A DNA stretch of 64,000 nt from positions 224,001 to 288,000 of the forward strand of contig CP181291.1 in NCBI GenBank assembly GCA_052279835.1, given 5' to 3'. Within the stretch, counting starts at the first letter, position 1, and every line of letters starts with the position of its first letter. The DNA comes from Microcoleus sp. GTDB lineage: Bacteria; Cyanobacteriota; Cyanobacteriia; Cyanobacteriales; Microcoleaceae. The translations under genes were made by a program, and so were the position numbers. Positions 1 to 10,333 of this stretch are shown here, in pieces. The notes under the pieces were generated by a model, which worked only from the letters and a program-made list of their open reading frames with translations, searched no databases and had not been told where the DNA came from.

Positions 1-137
1 GTAAATCATGAAGGAGTATAGTAGTTAGGCAGACTATTACGCTCAAAGCTCAACGATCAAGGGCAAACAATTATGTTGCGTCACAGGGTGGAATTCACAG
101 CACAAGTGTTGCTGCTTGGCAAGGGGAGATTGGTAAA

Positions 138-1799
138 ATGACACAAGCTCAGCAGATGCCACTATTCCCACCGCGCAGCGTTAAGCAGTTAGTGGATGAT
201 GTAGAAAAGTTAACTCAAGAAATTCAGGAGTTGTACTGTAGCGATGAAATCCCGTGGATTTTAGGTGTATCTTTTGGGAAAGATTCGAGTGCAGTATTGC
301 AGCTTATCTGGAATGCGATCGCAGGACTCCCACTGTCCAAGCGAACAAAAACAATTCATTTAATTACAACTGATACGCTGGTTGAAAATCCGATAATTTC
401 TACCTGGGTTCGCAATTGTATTAAACAGGTTAAGTTAGCAGCGGATCTGCAAAAAATGCCTGTTGAACCCCATTTGCTTCATCCTTCTGTTCAAGAAACA
501 TTCTGGGTATGCTTAATTGGTAGAGGCTATCCAGCACCTCGAAATGGATTTCGGTGGTGTACCGATCGCATGAAAATTCAACCTGTTAACCATTTTATCC
601 GTGAAATGGTTAGATATCACGGTGAAACTATTGTGGTTTTAGGCACTCGAAAGGCTGAAAGTAGCAAACGCGCTGCCACAATGAAAAAACATGAAGCAGG
701 TAGAGTGCGCGAGCGCTTGAGTCCTAATTCTCGTTTAATTAATTCTCTAATTTATACTCCTGTTGAAGACTGGCGTGATGATGAAGTTTGGCTTTATCTC
801 ATGCAGTATGCTAACCCTTGGGGAGGGGATAATAAAGATTTGTTTACGATGTATCGCGGTGCGACAGCAGATAACGAATGCCCTCTAGTCGTTGATACTT
901 CTACGCCTAGTTGTGGTGATTCTCGCTTTGGTTGCTGGGTTTGTACAATGGTAGACCAAGACAAATCTATGGAGGCAATGATCTTGAATGATGAGGAAAA
1001 AGAATGGATGCAGCCTCTGCTGGATATTCGCAACGAATTAGACATAAAAGACGATCGCCCAAAAAGAGACTTCCGTCGCATCTACGGTAGAGTAGAACTG
1101 TTTGAACGCAATCTGGGCGACAACAAAACCTCCGTCGAACCCATCCCCGGCCCCTATACCAAATTCTGGCGGGAACACTGGCTCAGACGAGTCTTGGAAG
1201 CACAAACTCAAATACGCAAAACCGCACCTGTAGAAATGCGCGACATCACCCTAATTACCCCGGAAGAACTTAGTGAAATCCGCCGCATTTGGCTGGAAGA
1301 AAAACACGAATTCGATGACTCTTTACCCCGCATTTACGAACAAGTCACGGGTCAACCCTTTGAAGACAGCCGCCCCGCCGCCGAAAGAAAACTCCTCGGT
1401 AGCGACGAATGGACTGTGCTCGAAGAAATGTGCGAGGACAAAATGCACCTGGAATTAATGGCAAAACTCCTAGACACAGAACGCCAATATTACACCAAAT
1501 CCAGGCGTACTGGCATTTATGGCGATTTGGACAAATGCTTTGAAACCAGTTCGCGCTCTAAAGAAGAAGCCATTGGTAACGCTCACTATCAACGGAATCT
1601 GAAAAACGCTGTAGAAGCTGTCAAAGCAAATCCGACTCTCAATATTCAGCTAGTCAAAGATGCGATCGCCCAAAGCAATATTTCTGCCACAGAGGATACC
1701 GTTAATGTTGCCAAACTGAAAGAACAACTCGAAAGCACCACCAACCAAAGCAGGCAATTGTCTTGGGCCGATATCAAATTTTCACCCCCAAGTCCCTAA
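138..1799 (+). CDS. dndC: DNA phosphorothioation sulfurtransferase DndC (PAPS-reductase-like, Fe-S)
   Basis: PP-loop-like SFGKDS, DTLVENP, GRGYPAP..FRWCTDRMKI, and the Cys cluster ECPLVVD..SCGDSRFGCWVC; also PGPY and EL..IRRIW motifs typical of DndC. Confidence 0.93.
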   Translation: MTQAQQMPLFPPRSVKQLVDDVEKLTQEIQELYCSDEIPWILGVSFGKDSSAVLQLIWNAIAGLPLSKRTKTIHLITTDTLVENPIISTWVRNCIKQVKLAADLQKMPVEPHLLHPSVQETFWVCLIGRGYPAPRNGFRWCTDRMKIQPVNHFIREMVRYHGETIVVLGTRKAESSKRAATMKKHEAGRVRERLSPNSRLINSLIYTPVEDWRDDEVWLYLMQYANPWGGDNKDLFTMYRGATADNECPLVVDTSTPSCGDSRFGCWVCTMVDQDKSMEAMILNDEEKEWMQPLLDIRNELDIKDDRPKRDFRRIYGRVELFERNLGDNKTSVEPIPGPYTKFWREHWLRRVLEAQTQIRKTAPVEMRDITLITPEELSEIRRIWLEEKHEFDDSLPRIYEQVTGQPFEDSRPAAERKLLGSDEWTVLEEMCEDKMHLELMAKLLDTERQYYTKSRRTGIYGDLDKCFETSSRSKEEAIGNAHYQRNLKNAVEAVKANPTLNIQLVKDAIAQSNISATEDTVNVAKLKEQLESTTNQSRQLSWADIKFSPPSP

Positions 1800-1808
1800 A
1801 CTACAACT

Positions 1809-1841
1809 AAGAATCCCCGCGCCTCAATTCGCGTGGGGAGT
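1809..1841 (+). mobile_element. Degenerate orphan IS200/IS605-type right-end hairpin
   Basis: AAGAATCCCCGCG-CCTCAATTCG-CGTGGGGAGT resembles the right end at 27181-27215 (AAGAATCCCTG..CAGGGAGTGTCAA) but lacks the terminal TCAA. Confidence 0.55.
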
Positions 1842-1981
1842 TTATACTTGACTTTTGTCGCTATTAGTGATACCACAGCCCCCCATGCGTCTTATAAAAA
1901 AAAATAATCAATAATTCTTAAATTTTTATTAATTTTTGTTTTATAATAATACTCATCTTCCAGTAAGTATTTATTCTCATT

Positions 1982-3712
1982 ATGATAGCGGATCAATTTC
2001 CTTGGCTGACCGCGATAGTCCTCTTACCCCTCCTAGCTTCCGTCGCCATCCCTTTTTTGCCCGATACAGAGGGAAAAACAATTCGGTGGTACGCCCTGGG
2101 CGTGGGTTTGGCAGACTTTGTACTCATGTGCTGGGTGTTTTGGACTCATTACGATCCCACAATCTCTACTTTCCAAATCGTAGAGCAATACCCCTGGATA
2201 CCTTCTCTGGGCCTCAATTGGTCTGTTTCGGTTGACGGATTGTCAGTACCCTTGGTACTGTTGGCTGGACTGGTGACGACTCTTTCAATTTTTGCAGCCT
2301 GGGAGGTCGATCGCAAACCCCGACTTTTCTACTTCCTGATGCTGGTGATGTACTCGGCACAGATAGGAGTATTCGTCGCCCAAGACATCATGCTACTGTT
2401 CATTGTCTGGGAACTAGAACTAATTCCGGTTTACCTGCTAATCTCGATTTGGGGCGGACAAAACCGTCGCTACGCAGCCACCAAATTCTTGATTTATACC
2501 GCTGGCGCTTCAATTTTCATTCTGGTAGCTGCTTTAGCAATGGCATTCTACGGCGGAGGCAATATCACCTTCGATATGGTAGAACTAGGCTTGAAAGACT
2601 ACCCCCTCGGTTTAGAATTACTGCTTTATGCGGGATTGTTGATTGCTTTCGGCGTGAAACTGGCGATTTTCCCCTTCCACACTTGGCTACCTGATGCCCA
2701 CGGCGAAGCATCTTCTCCCGTGTCCATGATTCTGGCCGGTGTGCTGTTAAAAATGGGCGGATATGGCCTGATTCGTCTGAATTTAGAACTCCTTCCTAAA
2801 GCTCACGTTTACTTTGCACCGATTATGGCCGTGCTTGGCGTAGTTAACATTATCTACGGAGCACTGAATTCCTTCGGCCAAACGAACATGAAGCGCCGCC
2901 TAGCGAATTCCTCTATTTCTCACATGGGATTTGTACTCCTCGGTATTGCTTCTTTCAATGATTTGGGAATCAATGGTGCTCTGTTGCAAATGATTTCCCA
3001 CGGTTTAATCGCCTCAGTATTGTTCTTTCTGGCCGGCGTTACGTACGATCGCACCCATACCATGATCATGGATGAAATGGGCGAGATTGGTAAAGTCATG
3101 CCCAAAGTGTTTGCCTTGTTTACCGCAGGCGCTATGGCTTCTTTGGCACTTCCCGGTATGAGTGGTTTTGCTAGCGAACTTTCGGTATTTGTCGGTGTGG
3201 CAACTAGCGATATCTACAGCGATTCTTTTCGGGCTGTGATTGTCTTCCTGGCGGCGGTAGGACTGATTTTGACACCGATTTATTTGCTCTCGATGCTGCG
3301 CCAGCTCTTCTATAATTCGGGAGCAGCACCCGCTTGTGACATTGAGGATTTAGATTTGCAAAATCAGAGAAATAATCTGGATGAAGCGGTTTGTTTTGGT
3401 AATAGTTGCGTTTTGCCGGCGGATGCAGTATTTATCGATGCTCAACCTCGCGAAGTGGCGATCGCCTTTTGCTTTTTAATCCCGATTGTTGGCATTGGTT
3501 TCTATCCCAATATGGCGATGCAAGTTTATGATGCCAAGACTGTGGCAGTGAATGCAGAAGTCCGGGAATCTTACATCCAAATCGCTCAAGAAAATCCTCG
3601 GATTTATGCGAATCAACTTTTGATTCCCAAAATTGCCCAGGCTCAAACAGCTCCTGCTTTGGGTAAAATTACTGGATCTGAATCAGCATCTGTTTTGGGT
3701 ATTGTCAAATAA
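1982..3712 (+). CDS. ndhD: NAD(P)H-quinone oxidoreductase subunit 4 (NdhD; probably an NdhD2-type paralogue)
   Basis: FPWLT N-terminus, [41 protein letters not shown] and [11 protein letters not shown] motifs; polytopic membrane protein. Confidence 0.95.
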   Translation: MIADQFPWLTAIVLLPLLASVAIPFLPDTEGKTIRWYALGVGLADFVLMCWVFWTHYDPTISTFQIVEQYPWIPSLGLNWSVSVDGLSVPLVLLAGLVTTLSIFAAWEVDRKPRLFYFLMLVMYSAQIGVFVAQDIMLLFIVWELELIPVYLLISIWGGQNRRYAATKFLIYTAGASIFILVAALAMAFYGGGNITFDMVELGLKDYPLGLELLLYAGLLIAFGVKLAIFPFHTWLPDAHGEASSPVSMILAGVLLKMGGYGLIRLNLELLPKAHVYFAPIMAVLGVVNIIYGALNSFGQTNMKRRLANSSISHMGFVLLGIASFNDLGINGALLQMISHGLIASVLFFLAGVTYDRTHTMIMDEMGEIGKVMPKVFALFTAGAMASLALPGMSGFASELSVFVGVATSDIYSDSFRAVIVFLAAVGLILTPIYLLSMLRQLFYNSGAAPACDIEDLDLQNQRNNLDEAVCFGNSCVLPADAVFIDAQPREVAIAFCFLIPIVGIGFYPNMAMQVYDAKTVAVNAEVRESYIQIAQENPRIYANQLLIPKIAQAQTAPALGKITGSESASVLGIVK

Positions 3713-3718
3713 TCCAAC

Positions 3719-3784
3719 GGGTGCATCTCAATGAGTGCAAATATATTCCTAGGGGCGAAGCCCTTACACCATCGGGATGCTCCC
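3719..3784. mobile_element. MITE-like element (family A) with 9-bp target duplication
   Basis: Inverted termini GGGTGCATC...GATGCTCCC, flanked by TAATCCAAC at 3710-3718 and 3785-3793; related copies at 33950-34069 and 37315-37539. Confidence 0.75.
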
Positions 3785-3805
3785 TAATCCAACTCTGTGA
3801 GTGTG

Positions 3806-3838
3806 AGATACCAGACTGCTTCATCGAGTCTGGTATCT
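3806..3838. terminator. Hairpin between convergent ndhD and NB-ARC genes
   Basis: Perfect 12-bp stem AGATACCAGACT / AGTCTGGTATCT with a 9-nt loop. Confidence 0.6.
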
Positions 3839-3843
3839 AGGTT

Positions 3844-5475
3844 TTAAGACTCAGTTTGTGCCATAATAAGCGCCATATTTTCTCTAGCATATCCCACTTC
3901 AAAAGTCGATTTCTCTGCCAGCAAAGATGCAAGTTTGTTCAGGATATTTAAAAGTTCTTCATCTCCCTTAGTTTTCTGACACAAAACTTGCAACCGATTT
4001 TTTACCATTCTTAGAATATAACTGGTTGCCTCGTATTTCCCTACTTTTTTAGCAAAATTTATGCTAAAATCATAATCTTTCAACAACCGCATATTTTCGA
4101 TTTTTTGCGTCTTAATCGTCTCCAAAATCTCATATTTAAGCTTTTCTATTAACCTATCAGCAACATATTTCATCATCAAAGGCTGAAGTATAAACACTGT
4201 TTCTGTACCCTGATGGATTTTTTCAATCAAGGAGCGGCGGCTCAAAGAATCGAGATTTTTCACTAAATCTGAAAAAGAATACTTTGCCAAAATTTCCTGT
4301 CGCAAAGTGCCGAGGGAAACCGGAGTTTCCGCAATAGTCAGCCAATAGGTAATTTCAGTTTCAGCATTAGACATTCGCTCTAACTGCTGGGCGAGTAGAT
4401 TGCTGATATGTTCTTCAATAAATAATGCCGTTGCTTCCAAAAAACTACCAACATTCCCCTCGAAAAAATCCTGAATCGTTGTGGCTACAATCTTAAATGC
4501 TAATAGATTTCCTCCGTAGCGCCCTAACAAAATTTTCCACTCACTATTTTGAGCAGATAAACCTTTTTCTTGAAAAATATTCTGGGCAATTTCCTGGGAA
4601 ATCTCTGGTTTGAAAGAGCGTACTTTTTCCCCAGCTAGCAAAGCGATTTCTGTTGGTTCTTCTGCACTAATTACCAGCAAACAGCTACGGTGATTAACCT
4701 CTGAGATCCGCACAATTAAATCTCGATATTCCTCCCAACCCTCTCGGTAATGTCCTGCTAGTTCTTCCGGCTTCAGCACGGCTTCAAAATCGTCGAAAAT
4801 CAGCAAACATCGGTGCTGGCGCAAATACTCAACTAGCAGGGAAATTTGACCGTTGATGTCGTCGTTCTCTGGTGGTAAATCGCTTGTTTGGTGGTTGGAA
4901 AAAAATTTAATTAAGTTGGTGAGAAACAGTTGGGGAGTCGGGTGCGATCGCCAAGAGCGCCAAACCACAAAATCAAACTCATTCTGGATCTGTGAGACTA
5001 ATTTTACTGACAGAGTTGTTTTACCGCTACCAGCCAAGCCCAACAACGCCACCAGCCGACAATTATCTGAGACAATCCATTGCTTTAAAGTGTTTAATTC
5101 TTGAGTCCGTCCGTAAAAAACCGTAACATCCGGTGCTTCGCCCCAATCTTGTTGTCGGTGTGCGATCGCCATTTTTGATAGGCTTCCTTTACCTGTCGGA
5201 CTAAAATCCCTCAAACCGATTTCCTGATGGTATGACAACAGTAACTGATGCCTCAATTCTGACAATTTTCCGGGGCCATTTCCGCCAATTTGAAACTTTT
5301 TGTAAACCTCGCCTAGTCTTTTGCGAACTGCGATGTCACTAATGCCAAGCTTGGTGGCGATCGCGGACGTAGTTTGACCATCGAGAGCCATAAACACAGT
5401 TTCTAACTCGGCATCTGTGACACCGCGCTCCTTGGCGATCGTTTGCACAAAGTTCTGAGGAATCTGAGTAGTCAA
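3844..5475 (-). CDS. HTH-NB-ARC (STAND NTPase) protein lacking C-terminal WD40 repeats
   Basis: N-terminal HTH (IATKLGIS..AVRKRLGEVYKKF), DWGEAPDV.FYGR, Walker A GLAGSGKTT, Walker B LLIFDDFE, winged helix L..L.RRSLIEK. Confidence 0.85.
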   Translation of the reverse strand: MTTQIPQNFVQTIAKERGVTDAELETVFMALDGQTTSAIATKLGISDIAVRKRLGEVYKKFQIGGNGPGKLSELRHQLLLSYHQEIGLRDFSPTGKGSLSKMAIAHRQQDWGEAPDVTVFYGRTQELNTLKQWIVSDNCRLVALLGLAGSGKTTLSVKLVSQIQNEFDFVVWRSWRSHPTPQLFLTNLIKFFSNHQTSDLPPENDDINGQISLLVEYLRQHRCLLIFDDFEAVLKPEELAGHYREGWEEYRDLIVRISEVNHRSCLLVISAEEPTEIALLAGEKVRSFKPEISQEIAQNIFQEKGLSAQNSEWKILLGRYGGNLLAFKIVATTIQDFFEGNVGSFLEATALFIEEHISNLLAQQLERMSNAETEITYWLTIAETPVSLGTLRQEILAKYSFSDLVKNLDSLSRRSLIEKIHQGTETVFILQPLMMKYVADRLIEKLKYEILETIKTQKIENMRLLKDYDFSINFAKKVGKYEATSYILRMVKNRLQVLCQKTKGDEELLNILNKLASLLAEKSTFEVGYARENMALIMAQTES

Positions 5476-5596
5476 GGTAGGAATCTCGCCAATGCTAAAA
5501 TATATACATATTATTATATTGTGTTACCTTGTGTTAGCACCCCGACTTGCCAGAATTAGCCGGGGTCTAGGTCCGATACCGTGTCAAATCTTCAAT

Positions 5597-6454
5597 CTAA
5601 AATCTCACATCGATGGGTTCGGAAGAATTACTGCTGGCACCGGAAAACTCTGACTGGGATTGATTCGGGTAAAATCGCTGGCTAATCCCCAAAGTAATTT
5701 GCTTCATCACCCAATACAAACTGGCAATTACTAAAAAAGTCGCAGCAATTAATAAAACCGGACGTTTCCCCATCAAATCGTTCATCACAGTATTAACTAA
5801 CGCATCGGGATTAGTAATGATATCCCAACTGTTGAACCGGATAAATCGCCCTAAATAAATGCCGATCGCCGAAAGTGCGTGTATAGTTAACTCAGCTACT
5901 AGGACAAATTTGCCCCAACCCTGTTGGCTCAAATAGTAACCAAAACTGATCACCGACAGCACGTAAGCCTGAAGCCCTGCGATCATAAACACCAAATATT
6001 GGGGAATCAAAGCTAGAGTCACCACCCACACCGAGTGTCCCTGTTTAATCTGGTCGATCAAATGGATGATATCAGTTAAAACATAGGGCGCATTGGGCAA
6101 AAAGGCAATGAATGCCAAAAAACCACCCCACCAGCGGAGAGAACGCACACCGCGCTGTCGCAGTACCCAGATATCTACAGCCATCAGTGTCAGCGTAATC
6201 GCGATCGCCCCCAAAACGTAAGTTTTGCCCAAATCGTGGACAATGTACCTTAGATGTAACAAAACCAGGGATAGACAGGGCAAAAGAGTAGCCCCCAGCA
6301 TAAAACTTGTCCCCCACATCAGCCAGCGCGATCGAGGTTTGCGAAACAGCCAAAAACTCAGCGCTAACGGTACTAAAGCTAAGAACAAATTCCAAGACAT
6401 CCACCGGACATTGTGTCCCATTGCCTGCAACGCTTCTAGGAGCAATCCCATCAT
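5597..6454 (-). CDS. DUF1361-family membrane protein
   Basis: WNLFLA.VPL, FLPNAPYVLTDIIHL and GIYLGRFIRFNSWDI motifs. Confidence 0.85.
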   Translation of the reverse strand: MMGLLLEALQAMGHNVRWMSWNLFLALVPLALSFWLFRKPRSRWLMWGTSFMLGATLLPCLSLVLLHLRYIVHDLGKTYVLGAIAITLTLMAVDIWVLRQRGVRSLRWWGGFLAFIAFLPNAPYVLTDIIHLIDQIKQGHSVWVVTLALIPQYLVFMIAGLQAYVLSVISFGYYLSQQGWGKFVLVAELTIHALSAIGIYLGRFIRFNSWDIITNPDALVNTVMNDLMGKRPVLLIAATFLVIASLYWVMKQITLGISQRFYPNQSQSEFSGASSNSSEPIDVRF

Positions 6455-6538
6455 GTCAAATTTCCTAAAAATAAATGGTTCAATGCAGCACCGCTTCGCC
6501 AGCAGCTTGAATCTATTTTAATCGCTTATTGTTTTCGG

Positions 6539-9500
6539 TCAATTGGACACCAGACTAATGGGAATTGAAATCCTAAAAGTTGTACCCTGTCCTATTTCTG
6601 AAAAACACTCTATTTTGCCTTTGTGCTTCTGAACCACAATCGAGTGAGAAATTGACATTCCCAAGCCCGTACCTTTTCCCACTTCTTTTGTAGTGTAAAA
6701 CGGATTAAAAATGCGATCGATCGTCGTCTGTGGCATTCCCGTACCATTGTCGGAGATTTCCACCGCTATCATATTCTCACCAATCACCTGAGTGGCGATC
6801 GCAATTCTGCCAGGATTTGCCTCCGCTGTCGCCATAGAGAACTTTTGATACCGTTCCTCGATCGCATCAATGGCATTAGCAATAATATTCATAAATACCT
6901 GATTCAGTTGGCTAGGATAACAATCCACCAGTGGTATGTTGCTGAATTCATGAATTACATTAATTTCAGGCCAGCCATTAAGCCCCTTCAATCGGTGCTG
7001 CAAAATTAACAAAGTGCTGTCAATTCCTCCATGAAGATCCACCGGCTTCATTTCCGATTCGTCCAGTCGCGAGAAATTCCTGAGCGACAAAACAATTTGC
7101 CTGATGCGTTTGGTTCCTACCTCCATCGACCTCACTATTTTGTTTAAATCTTCTGAGACAAAATCTAAATCCATTTCTTCAATTTTATCAAGGATTATAG
7201 AATTAGGTTCTGGATATTCTTCGGCGTACAACTTAACCAATTCAATTAACTGTTTCGTATAATCATCGACATATTTAATATTGCCATGAATAAAGTTAAC
7301 CGGATTATTAATTTCATGAGCAATCCCAGCCACCAGTTCACCCAAAGAAGACATTTTTTCCGTTTGAACTAACTGACTTTGAGTAGAGCGCAATTCCAAC
7401 AGTGCTTGTTCGAGTTGTTGAGCTCTTTCTCTTTCTCGCGCGTCACTTTCCCGCAGTGCTTCCTCTGCTTGTTTGCGTCCGGTAATATCAATGCTGATAC
7501 CATCCCACAGAATATCGCCATTTTCTTTAGCTTCTGGACGGGAAATTACCTGAAACCATCTAATTGTTCCCGATGGTAAAATTAGCCTTCCTTCCCACTG
7601 CCAAGGCTGCATATTTTTGGCAGAAACTGCCACTGAATCGTAATAATTGTCTCGGTCTTCGGGATGAACCAAGTTTATTAGTAAAGCCGAATTTTCCTGA
7701 ATTGCTTTTGGTTCTAACTCAAACATTTCTCGGCAAGCAGGACTGACGTAAGGGAAATTAACAGAGCCATCGAGACTCAATACACATTGATAAATCATCC
7801 CCGGCAAATTAGCCGAAAGTTTTTGAAATTTGCTCTCGCTGGCTCTTAATTCTTGCTCTGCTTCCTGGCGTTCGGCAATTTCGGTTTGCAACTGTTTAAA
7901 AGCTGTGCTTAATTCAGATGTTCTCTGAATTACTCTATTTTCTAAGTCTTCATTCAATTGTTGAAGACTCTCTTCTGCTTGTTTGCGCTCGATCGCAATT
8001 CCTGCTAAATTATTGACAAAATCTATGAATTTCCACTCAAACTTTTCGGGCGTATGTGGCTCAGTATAATACATGGCAAAGGTTCCCAAAAGCTGCTCGT
8101 TAGATGATATAATAGGAGTAGATGAACAAGCTCTGAGTCCAAAACTTAAAGCAAAATCTCGATAATCTTCCCACAACGGATCGGTGGCAATATCTGTAAC
8201 AATTACCGACTCTTTCCGATAGATAGCAGTGCCACAGGAACCGACATTTGGACCGATCGCTATGCCTTCAATAGCAGCATTGTAACTCTCAGGTAAACTC
8301 GGTGCAGCTCCGTTCACCAGGTGTTTGCCATCTGGAGCTAGAATCAAGATCGAACCCATGACATCTTTACATTGCTGCTCGATAATTTTCACTAAGGCAT
8401 TTAAAGTATCACCCAGAGGCGCACTTTTAGCAATCATTTCTAATATTTGTTTTTGGGCGGCTAACCAACTTTCACCTTGCTTGCGCTCCGTAATGTCACG
8501 GGCTACGCACAGAAATGTGTTTGACTGCATGGGTGAAATAGTAGCAGCAAACCAGAGGTCTTTGTCTCCAATAGGTAAGCTGTATTCGAGGGAATTAGTT
8601 TGTTGGGTTGCGGCAGTAATTCTAATTTGATTTAGTAAAAAATCTGCGATTTTTGGTGGCATAATCTCGCCGATAGTTTTGCCGATCACTTCCGTCGGTG
8701 GTTTGTACAAAAGGCTGGGATTTGTCGGCGCAATTTTGAGGTATCTTCCCTCTGTATCAATTACAAAAATGACATCGTTCATGGCGGCAAATAAAGCTCG
8801 CAATTCAGCTTCAGAATCTTGGAGAGCGATTTCAGTTTTTTTGCGATCGCTAATATCAGTTCCAATACACAACATCCCTCTCAAACGCCCTTTCCGGTCT
8901 CGTAAAGCTTGATTTCGCCACGCGATCCAAACTCTGTCTCCCTGACGACGGATATGTTCATTTTCCTGAATTGTGAAGTATCGATTCCGGTGTAGCAGGA
9001 ATTCCCGCATCATGGCCTGGAGTTTATTTTTCGACAGTTTTGTCTCCGATATCAGATTCCATAAATCACTTTTGCCAAGTATTTCGGCTTGTGAATACCC
9101 AAAAAAACTTTCAGCAAACTCGTTCAAAAAAGTAACATTGCCCTCACGGTCTAACTGCACAATAATGCAATTGGCATTCTCTACTAATTGCCTGTATTTA
9201 GCCTCACTTTCTCGCAACTTTGTAGACCCATACACCAAACTAAAAACCACCACAGAGCTCACAACTGCCAGCAAGCCACCACCTGCAAGTAGCAACCCCC
9301 GCTGCGGCGAATTCTGGGGCCATCCCCCCAGGGGAATGGCGGCTAACTGCCAGGAACCGTTGGGCAATGTCACTTCCAGCAATACGGGTGCTTGCTGGAA
9401 AATTGCAGGGTTGCCAAAAAAGACTTCCCCAGTCACACCCCGGCCGTCTTTGCCTCGGAGAGCGTATTGTAGCTGGGCAGAAGGGTCTTTGATCCCGGCT

Positions 9501-10096
9501 TCTTGGAGGAGGGTATCTTGGTCGATGAGAACCCCTGTTAACCCCCAAAAATCACCGCTTTCTGGAGCGGTGCCCGGTGGTGTCAGAAAAATGGGCGATC
9601 GACTGACAAAGCCCACATTCCCCGCTAATAATTTCACAGGGCCCGCCAGTACAGTTTTGCGAGTCGCGATCGCCTCTTCCACCATTTTTCGTTGCTGAGG
9701 TACGGTAGTCAAGTCCACCCCGATCGCCGATTCATTTCCTTCTCGCGGATACATATAAGTGATGGTAGTCCCTTTCACTAAACCTATACTGCGAATGCCA
9801 GTTTGGTTTGCCAGCAGAATTCTCCCGGTAGCTGCAAATTCCTCTTCGCTGATGTTTGGGTTTTTGGAAAGATCCGCCACCAAACCGCGCATCAAAAACA
9901 GCCGCGAGTTCAACTTACCTTCGAGATTAGAACGAATTGTACTGAGTTGATTGAGAGTAATCGCACGGTTTTCCAGCAAAAACCGCTGCTGTTGAGATCG
10001 ATCTAAAATGCAAACTCCGGTCACAATTGCTACTGCTGCGGTAATTGCGGCTAAATACGGTGAAATTTGGCAATTTTTCATCCTCAAGTCAGGCAT
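6539..10096 (-). CDS. Multi-sensor histidine kinase (TM-CHASE-TM-PAS-PAS-GAF-PAS-HisKA-HATPase)
   Basis: Extracytoplasmic CHASE-like region (AIGVDL..LAGPVKL), PAS/PAC ends DISDRK/DITERK/DITGRK, GAF (GSCGTA, DIATDPLW), H-box AHEINNP, G-boxes DNGTG and GKGTGLG. Confidence 0.92.
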   Translation of the reverse strand: MPDLRMKNCQISPYLAAITAAVAIVTGVCILDRSQQQRFLLENRAITLNQLSTIRSNLEGKLNSRLFLMRGLVADLSKNPNISEEEFAATGRILLANQTGIRSIGLVKGTTITYMYPREGNESAIGVDLTTVPQQRKMVEEAIATRKTVLAGPVKLLAGNVGFVSRSPIFLTPPGTAPESGDFWGLTGVLIDQDTLLQEAGIKDPSAQLQYALRGKDGRGVTGEVFFGNPAIFQQAPVLLEVTLPNGSWQLAAIPLGGWPQNSPQRGLLLAGGGLLAVVSSVVVFSLVYGSTKLRESEAKYRQLVENANCIIVQLDREGNVTFLNEFAESFFGYSQAEILGKSDLWNLISETKLSKNKLQAMMREFLLHRNRYFTIQENEHIRRQGDRVWIAWRNQALRDRKGRLRGMLCIGTDISDRKKTEIALQDSEAELRALFAAMNDVIFVIDTEGRYLKIAPTNPSLLYKPPTEVIGKTIGEIMPPKIADFLLNQIRITAATQQTNSLEYSLPIGDKDLWFAATISPMQSNTFLCVARDITERKQGESWLAAQKQILEMIAKSAPLGDTLNALVKIIEQQCKDVMGSILILAPDGKHLVNGAAPSLPESYNAAIEGIAIGPNVGSCGTAIYRKESVIVTDIATDPLWEDYRDFALSFGLRACSSTPIISSNEQLLGTFAMYYTEPHTPEKFEWKFIDFVNNLAGIAIERKQAEESLQQLNEDLENRVIQRTSELSTAFKQLQTEIAERQEAEQELRASESKFQKLSANLPGMIYQCVLSLDGSVNFPYVSPACREMFELEPKAIQENSALLINLVHPEDRDNYYDSVAVSAKNMQPWQWEGRLILPSGTIRWFQVISRPEAKENGDILWDGISIDITGRKQAEEALRESDARERERAQQLEQALLELRSTQSQLVQTEKMSSLGELVAGIAHEINNPVNFIHGNIKYVDDYTKQLIELVKLYAEEYPEPNSIILDKIEEMDLDFVSEDLNKIVRSMEVGTKRIRQIVLSLRNFSRLDESEMKPVDLHGGIDSTLLILQHRLKGLNGWPEINVIHEFSNIPLVDCYPSQLNQVFMNIIANAIDAIEERYQKFSMATAEANPGRIAIATQVIGENMIAVEISDNGTGMPQTTIDRIFNPFYTTKEVGKGTGLGMSISHSIVVQKHKGKIECFSEIGQGTTFRISIPISLVSN

Positions 10097-10333
10097 TTCT
10101 GTCTAATTTAATGATTTTTTTCAGTCTTAAGATAGATATATTTTAATCTGATATCGCTAATTGACTTCCATTCTCCCATTCTCCGCCTCTTCCACTCCCT
10201 CCCTAACCAACACTTTAAATGCCTAGCTGCTAATTTACCCTTGGGGGCGATCGGTTTTTAGTCGATTCAGCGGATTAAAATAAAGTTAGGAACTCTTTCA
10301 ACGCTAAGGCGACTCACTCCTAGGGACAAATAG

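Noticed and set aside
1..21. Possible 3' end of an upstream gene (VNHEGV-stop), for example dndB
   Set aside because: Too short to support any call
8973..9698. 241-aa ORF on the + strand
   Set aside because: Entirely antisense to the histidine kinase; no domain signal
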